Below are positions 6,559 through 10,607 of a DNA stretch of 10,607 nucleotides, in pieces. Below the pieces are notes generated by a model. The model worked only from the letters and a program-made list of their open reading frames with translations. It ran no database searches and was not told where the DNA came from. Numbering within the stretch: the first letter of the stretch is position 1; every line of letters starts with the position of its first letter. The stretch is from NCBI GenBank assembly GCA_048885865.1, contig JBHLLF010000074.1, forward strand, positions 1 to 10,607, read 5' to 3'. The DNA is from Candidatus Hermodarchaeota archaeon. GTDB lineage: Archaea > Asgardarchaeota > Thorarchaeia > Thorarchaeales > Thorarchaeaceae. The translations under genes and the position numbers were made by a program.

Positions 6559-7758
6559 ATGACTAAACCAGGGCCGATTGAACAAAGCGGGCAGAAGAAT
6601 GACCCGTATGTTTGTGCATCTTGTGGTAACTGCACACTAGTATGTCCTGTCTTTCGCCAGATGAGATGGGAGCCGTACGGCCCGAGAGGAAAACTAAGCA
6701 TTACAAAATCAATTTTCGAAAAGGAAGCAGAGTTCAATCCAGACTTCACGAGGAAGCTCTTCCTCTGCACGCTGTGTGAACATTGCACAACGGTTTGTAC
6801 GACTAGCATCAGGCTCGATCGATTCTGGGAACTAATGCGTGAGGAAGCAAAAGAAAGAGGACTCACTCCACCTCCAGTCAAGTTTGCCAGCGAGTCTATA
6901 AAGAGAACTGGAGACCCATTCTCTATAGGCCGATCTAGCAGATTGCTCTGGGCAGAGGGCATGGAAGACATTGTCGAGTCAAGAATCAATGCAAAAGCAG
7001 ATGTCGCATTCTTTCTTGGGTGCAATGTATCACTCAAACACCAGCTCCATGACATCGCCAGGTCGATGATAAAAATCATGGAACATGCAGGTGTCGAATA
7101 CACACTTCTCGGAGAGAAGGAGTCATGTTGTGGAGCTCCTTTGCTTTGGGCCGGAGAACCTGAAGGAACTCCAACCATGGTTGAGAAGAATGCCCAAGCA
7201 CTTGCCGATTTAGGTGTAAGAAAAGTAGTATTTAGTTGTCCATCATGTGCCAGCACCTGGATTAGTTCGATGCACAAGAGTGCAGGGACTTCAGCTGTAA
7301 GGAAGATGGAACTCCTGACGGCTTCACAATTCATTAACCAGCTCATTCAGAAGGGAGCCCTTACATTCGATGAGCAACCTATGATAACTGCAACATATCA
7401 TGATCCCTGCATATCAGCCAGGGTTCTCGGCGTTTCAAAGGAACCCAGGAATGTGATAGAGAGAATTCCTGGAATCTATCGAGTTGAAATGGTTTCATCC
7501 GAGGAAGACACTAGGTGTTGCGGGTCGCACGCCCTGCTAAATATGATTGATCCGCACTTGTCTGCGCAAATAGCTGAGATGCGACTGAGGGATGCGTCTG
7601 TCACTCCAGCATCATTGCTTGTTACAGAATGCCCCCGATGTGAGATGGCATTCGACCTGGCTACAATTACTCTGGGCTACAGTGTCAAAATTCTGGACAT
7701 TACACAACTTGTTGCAAACTCACTGAGTTCAGGAGAAATGAAAGGAGATGGGCAGTAA
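6559..7758 (+). CDS. Fe-S oxidoreductase, GlcF/HdrD-like (2x[4Fe-4S] plus two CCG domains), second paralog
   Basis: Ferredoxin motifs CASCGNCTLVCP and CTLCEHCTTVC, plus PRGK. CCG domain 1: FLGC...SCCG...SCPSC. CCG domain 2: YHDPC...RCCG...ECPRC. Confidence 0.92.
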   Translation: MTKPGPIEQSGQKNDPYVCASCGNCTLVCPVFRQMRWEPYGPRGKLSITKSIFEKEAEFNPDFTRKLFLCTLCEHCTTVCTTSIRLDRFWELMREEAKERGLTPPPVKFASESIKRTGDPFSIGRSSRLLWAEGMEDIVESRINAKADVAFFLGCNVSLKHQLHDIARSMIKIMEHAGVEYTLLGEKESCCGAPLLWAGEPEGTPTMVEKNAQALADLGVRKVVFSCPSCASTWISSMHKSAGTSAVRKMELLTASQFINQLIQKGALTFDEQPMITATYHDPCISARVLGVSKEPRNVIERIPGIYRVEMVSSEEDTRCCGSHALLNMIDPHLSAQIAEMRLRDASVTPASLLVTECPRCEMAFDLATITLGYSVKILDITQLVANSLSSGEMKGDGQ

Positions 7759-9464
7759 TGAGGTTCGTTCCACAGGAACTTGAAGACATTGTGGGCGCCG
7801 ACAATGTTACTGCAGACATTGAAACATGCCATATATACTCTGAAGACGCAGCCAATTTGCCAGCACTCGCCAGTCAGATAATTAAAAACGAATTCGATAT
7901 TGTCGCTCAGCCAGTTACGGTGAAATCGCTTCAACATCTTATACTCTTTGCAAGCGAAAACAACCTGCCGATTGTTCCAAGAGGTAACGGAACATCTGGC
8001 TGGGGAGGAGCTATTCCTGTCAAGAGAGGGCTGTGTGTAAGTCTGACCCAGATGAATAAGATGGTGCATCTTGATGACTATGCCTGCACTGTTACTGTAG
8101 AGGCAGGGATCACATGGCGAGAATTGCTAATGATTCTTGAACGAATGGGCACAACCTTGCCCATCTATCCTTCGAGTGCAACGGCGGCAACAGTTGGAGG
8201 ATTTGTAGCCAGCGGAGGCTTCGGCATAGGGTCAGCAAAGCATGGCGAGATTGGCGACCAAGTAGTCGGAATTGAAGCAGTCCTAGCGAACGGGAAAATT
8301 GTGCGAGTTGGGGAATTAGTCCTAGGACCTCAGCCTGATGATTTGCTGGAAGAAGCAGCTGAAGGAACTGCATGGCTTTCTGAGAAGGCAGGTGGTAATA
8401 TCAGACTCAAAGATGTGCTATCTGGAACTTACGGGACTCTTGGCGTTATTACCAAAGTCACTCTTCGAACTGTTCCAAAACTCCAACTTCGTCCATTTGC
8501 ATGTTCATTCGAAACAATGGAAGATCTTGCCAAAGCCGCACAACTCATGGTCGACGGCGCATTGCCATATCATCTTAGGTATCTTGACAGCAATCATACC
8601 TCCAAATTGGCTACTTTGATTGGATTCCCAGCCGAATGGAATAGATTCCTACTTGCCGGAGCGCTGCATGGAACGATCTATGATAACGATGATGGAATTG
8701 AAGCGATTGAGAAAATCGTCAATGAGAACAACGGAATAATGCTAGATGAGAAACGTGCAGAATTCTATTGGGAAGAACGTTTGTATCCATTGAGATTCAA
8801 GAGACAAGGGCCTAGTTTGATTCCAGCTGAGGTGACAACTCCTGTGGACCGCCTCGCTGAGCTTCATAGAGACACCCTGAGCAAATTAGGCAGTTCGAAA
8901 TTCGCTGTCGAGGGAACCATTGGAGCTGATGGAGTAGCATCCTATTTAGTGTGGATTCTTGACGATGAGAGAAAGAAGCTCAGGCATACAATAGGATGGC
9001 ACCGATCTTTTGACATTGCTGCTTTGGCCGGAAAGTATGAAGGACATCCCTATGCAGTTGCCCTCTGGAATACCAGACATGCCAAGGAGTTCTATGGGGA
9101 AGAGAAGATTGCAGAGCTGTCGCAACTAAAGAAGGAGATTGATCCAAAGAATATGATGAATCCCCTGAAAGTCTTCGGAGGCCGAGCTCAATTTGCATGG
9201 CACTCTCAGGTCTTTGGCTTTGGCATGGGCTTTGCTATTGCATTTGTTATGCTCTACTTTGGTCCCCAGATTCTAGGACTTGACTGGGCAGCAGACATTG
9301 TTTTTTCGTTTCCAATCCCGTTCATCCAAATGCAACTGATTTGGATGCTCTCACTTTTGGGCGGAGCGTTAGGTCTATTAGTCATTAAGCTAATGACGCT
9401 AAATCAGGCTCTGGCCGTGGGGATTCCTTTATTGAGAGTCCTTGACAAGATTCTCAATAGGTGA
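7758..9464 (+). CDS. FAD-binding oxidoreductase, GlcD/VAO-PCMH family, with C-terminal transmembrane anchor
   Basis: LPIVPRGNGTSGWGG, VTVEAGI, YPSSATAATVGG, SGTYGTLGVITKV, DPKNMMNP. Then two hydrophobic helices (VFGFGMGFAIAFVMLYFG; LIWMLSLLGGALGLLVI). TAATG stop/start overlap with the upstream gene. Confidence 0.9.
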   Translation: MRFVPQELEDIVGADNVTADIETCHIYSEDAANLPALASQIIKNEFDIVAQPVTVKSLQHLILFASENNLPIVPRGNGTSGWGGAIPVKRGLCVSLTQMNKMVHLDDYACTVTVEAGITWRELLMILERMGTTLPIYPSSATAATVGGFVASGGFGIGSAKHGEIGDQVVGIEAVLANGKIVRVGELVLGPQPDDLLEEAAEGTAWLSEKAGGNIRLKDVLSGTYGTLGVITKVTLRTVPKLQLRPFACSFETMEDLAKAAQLMVDGALPYHLRYLDSNHTSKLATLIGFPAEWNRFLLAGALHGTIYDNDDGIEAIEKIVNENNGIMLDEKRAEFYWEERLYPLRFKRQGPSLIPAEVTTPVDRLAELHRDTLSKLGSSKFAVEGTIGADGVASYLVWILDDERKKLRHTIGWHRSFDIAALAGKYEGHPYAVALWNTRHAKEFYGEEKIAELSQLKKEIDPKNMMNPLKVFGGRAQFAWHSQVFGFGMGFAIAFVMLYFGPQILGLDWAADIVFSFPIPFIQMQLIWMLSLLGGALGLLVIKLMTLNQALAVGIPLLRVLDKILNR

Positions 9465-9519
9465 CTCTTGTAGCCTTCAGACGAGGATTCGTTTGGAATT
9501 AATTACATTTCGTACTTTA

Positions 9520-9534
9520 CGGCAAGGGTTAAGT
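9520..9534 (+). promoter_or_regulatory. Putative BRE/TATA-like promoter
   Basis: CGGCAAGG-GTTAAGT, resembling CGGTAAGG-TTTTTTA upstream of the paralogous gene. A second candidate TATA (TTAAAA) lies at 9588-9593. Confidence 0.35.
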
Positions 9535-9558
9535 CTCGGGACGTAACATGCGGCGATT

Positions 9559-9586
9559 CATATCGTTAAGTTAAGCTTCCGATATG
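9559..9586. promoter_or_regulatory. Inverted repeat CATATCG-N14-CGATATG, candidate operator or RNA hairpin
   Basis: Perfect 7-bp arms at 9559-9565 and 9580-9586, directly upstream of TTAAAA at 9588. Confidence 0.45.
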
Positions 9587-9687
9587 CTTAAAATGAGCTT
9601 AGATGGTTCCGGATTGAAACCATGGCCTTGGCCAAGACCGAACGAACTCGAGATAGAGCCTTGTTCAGAACCTATGGAGACAACCAG

Positions 9688-10317
9688 ATGAAGAAGCAGC
9701 ATCGCAGAATGACCCTGGTTATAGCCACCCTGGTCATCTCAGTGTTTATCTTAGCGAGCAGTTCTTTTGCTTCACCGAATTTTGGAGCGACCTGCGGCGA
9801 TTCGCCTAGTTGCCACGTAAATGCGGGAACTACACTATCAGTAAATGCAACCGGAACAGTACAAGCTACTAGAGGAATCCCATTCCTGTTAGTAATAGAT
9901 GCAGGAGATGGTACAGAGGCAGTCAGCATGCAGAGTGGGGATGCTGACAACGCCGAGTTCACCATCTCAGTTGATGTCATTAGAGATGGCGACGCAGCTG
10001 ATACCAATGGAAACACAGGTGAGATTGATGCTTCAGTAACATTCACACCGCAGACTGTTGGATCCTATACCATTCGGATTTGGACAGGTGCTGCTGGTCG
10101 TATTGGAACTAGTGTCAGCGTGGATGTAGATGTTGCTGAGAATACTTTGACTACGACCAACGGAACAACGCCACCTACTACCACGCCTCCTCCAACTACA
10201 CTCACTCCTGAGGAGCTCATGGCTATCTGGGAGCTAATGATGTACACTATAACTCCTGCCTCCGCAGTGATACTTGCCCTGCTAGGGGTATTTGTATTCA
10301 GGAGGGCTCGTAACTAG
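9688..10317 (+). CDS. Exported, C-terminally anchored CX5CH-motif (putative heme c) Reeler-like surface protein
   Basis: GGAGA SD at 9676-9680 favours ATG 9688 over 9622. Signal peptide MKKQHRRMTLVIATLVISVFILASSSFA. CGDSPSCH at 9793-9816. Shares DNAxF, RDGDAAD and GSYxxxIW with the 1327 protein. Thr/Pro linker at 10144-10209, then a TM helix and basic tail RRARN. Confidence 0.75.
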   Translation: MKKQHRRMTLVIATLVISVFILASSSFASPNFGATCGDSPSCHVNAGTTLSVNATGTVQATRGIPFLLVIDAGDGTEAVSMQSGDADNAEFTISVDVIRDGDAADTNGNTGEIDASVTFTPQTVGSYTIRIWTGAAGRIGTSVSVDVDVAENTLTTTNGTTPPTTTPPPTTLTPEELMAIWELMMYTITPASAVILALLGVFVFRRARN

Positions 10318-10329
10318 AGGGTGGTCATC

Positions 10330-10607
10330 ATGGCACTACATCCAGTCTTTGTACACTTTCATACGGGCATTGGAGCAGCCACTGCGGTTATGGCGCTGAT
10401 CAACATTGTTTTCCGCCTCGTGTTTCGAGACGGTATTAGAACCCCTGGAACAAGGATGGCCAAGCTATTCCACGAGTTCGATATATTCATCTTTTGGGGG
10501 AATATCATCACTCTACTAGGCCTCTTCGTTGGGATGTGGTCAGGATTTGTCGATTGGCCGATGGTTGCGCTTGTAAACGATCCATATATGAGATTCAAGA
10601 TTCTCTG
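10330..10607 (+). CDS. 3'-truncated membrane protein, DUF2231-like
   Basis: Not in the ORF track because it runs off the window. Hand translation: MALHPVFVHFHTGIGAATAVMALINIVFRLVFRDGIRTPGTRMAKLFHEFDIFIFWGNIITLLGLFVGMWSGFVDWPMVALVNDPYMRFKIL... The LHPxxVHF start motif and two TM helices are visible. GAGGGTGG SD-like element from 10317. Confidence 0.75.
   Translation, partial: MALHPVFVHFHTGIGAATAVMALINIVFRLVFRDGIRTPGTRMAKLFHEFDIFIFWGNIITLLGLFVGMWSGFVDWPMVALVNDPYMRFKIL

Noticed and set aside
6459-7346. 295-aa minus-strand ORF
   Set aside because: It lies antisense to a motif-rich CCG Fe-S gene and has no recognisable motifs, so it is a shadow ORF.
2517-9464. Gene symbols glcD/glcF, dld, hdrD, crtP/hpnE or hemY
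   Set aside because: Only family-level similarity is visible, and the key catalytic motifs of GlcD/Dld are absent.
285-10598. All other short minus-strand and alternate-frame ORFs in the track
   Set aside because: Each overlaps a well-supported + strand gene and shows no family signature. 10359..10598 is the antisense shadow of the DUF2231-like gene.

Overview
The window holds a co-oriented (+ strand) cluster of ten genes. It looks archaeal: GAGGTGA/GGTGA ribosome-binding sites, BRE/TATA-like elements, and surface proteins with N-glycosylation sequons and a Thr/Pro linker before a C-terminal membrane anchor. An Asgard/Thorarchaeia-like origin is a stylistic impression only. Gene order: (1) a 5'-truncated membrane-tethered pyridoxamine-5'-phosphate-oxidase-like (PNPOx/split-barrel) protein; (2) an in-frame soluble PNPOx-like paralog; (3) an exported protein with a CX4CH motif, a Reeler-like beta domain, an Ig-like domain and a His-rich 4-TM cytochrome-b-like domain; (4) a GlcD/VAO-family FAD oxidoreductase; (5) a GlcF/HdrD-like 2x[4Fe-4S] + CCG protein; (6) a phytoene-desaturase/HpnE-like flavoprotein; (7) a second CCG Fe-S protein; (8) a second GlcD-like flavoprotein with a C-terminal membrane anchor; (9) a paralog of the exported domain of gene 3 with CX5CH; (10) a 3'-truncated DUF2231-like membrane protein missing from the ORF track. 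Genes 3-9 have a mirror order (A-D-F-X-F'-D'-A'). Both GlcD-like proteins lack the D-lactate/glycolate dehydrogenase catalytic His motifs. I interpret the cluster as a candidate uncharacterised membrane-spanning redox system of unknown substrate. All family assignments come from motif recognition, not database searches.
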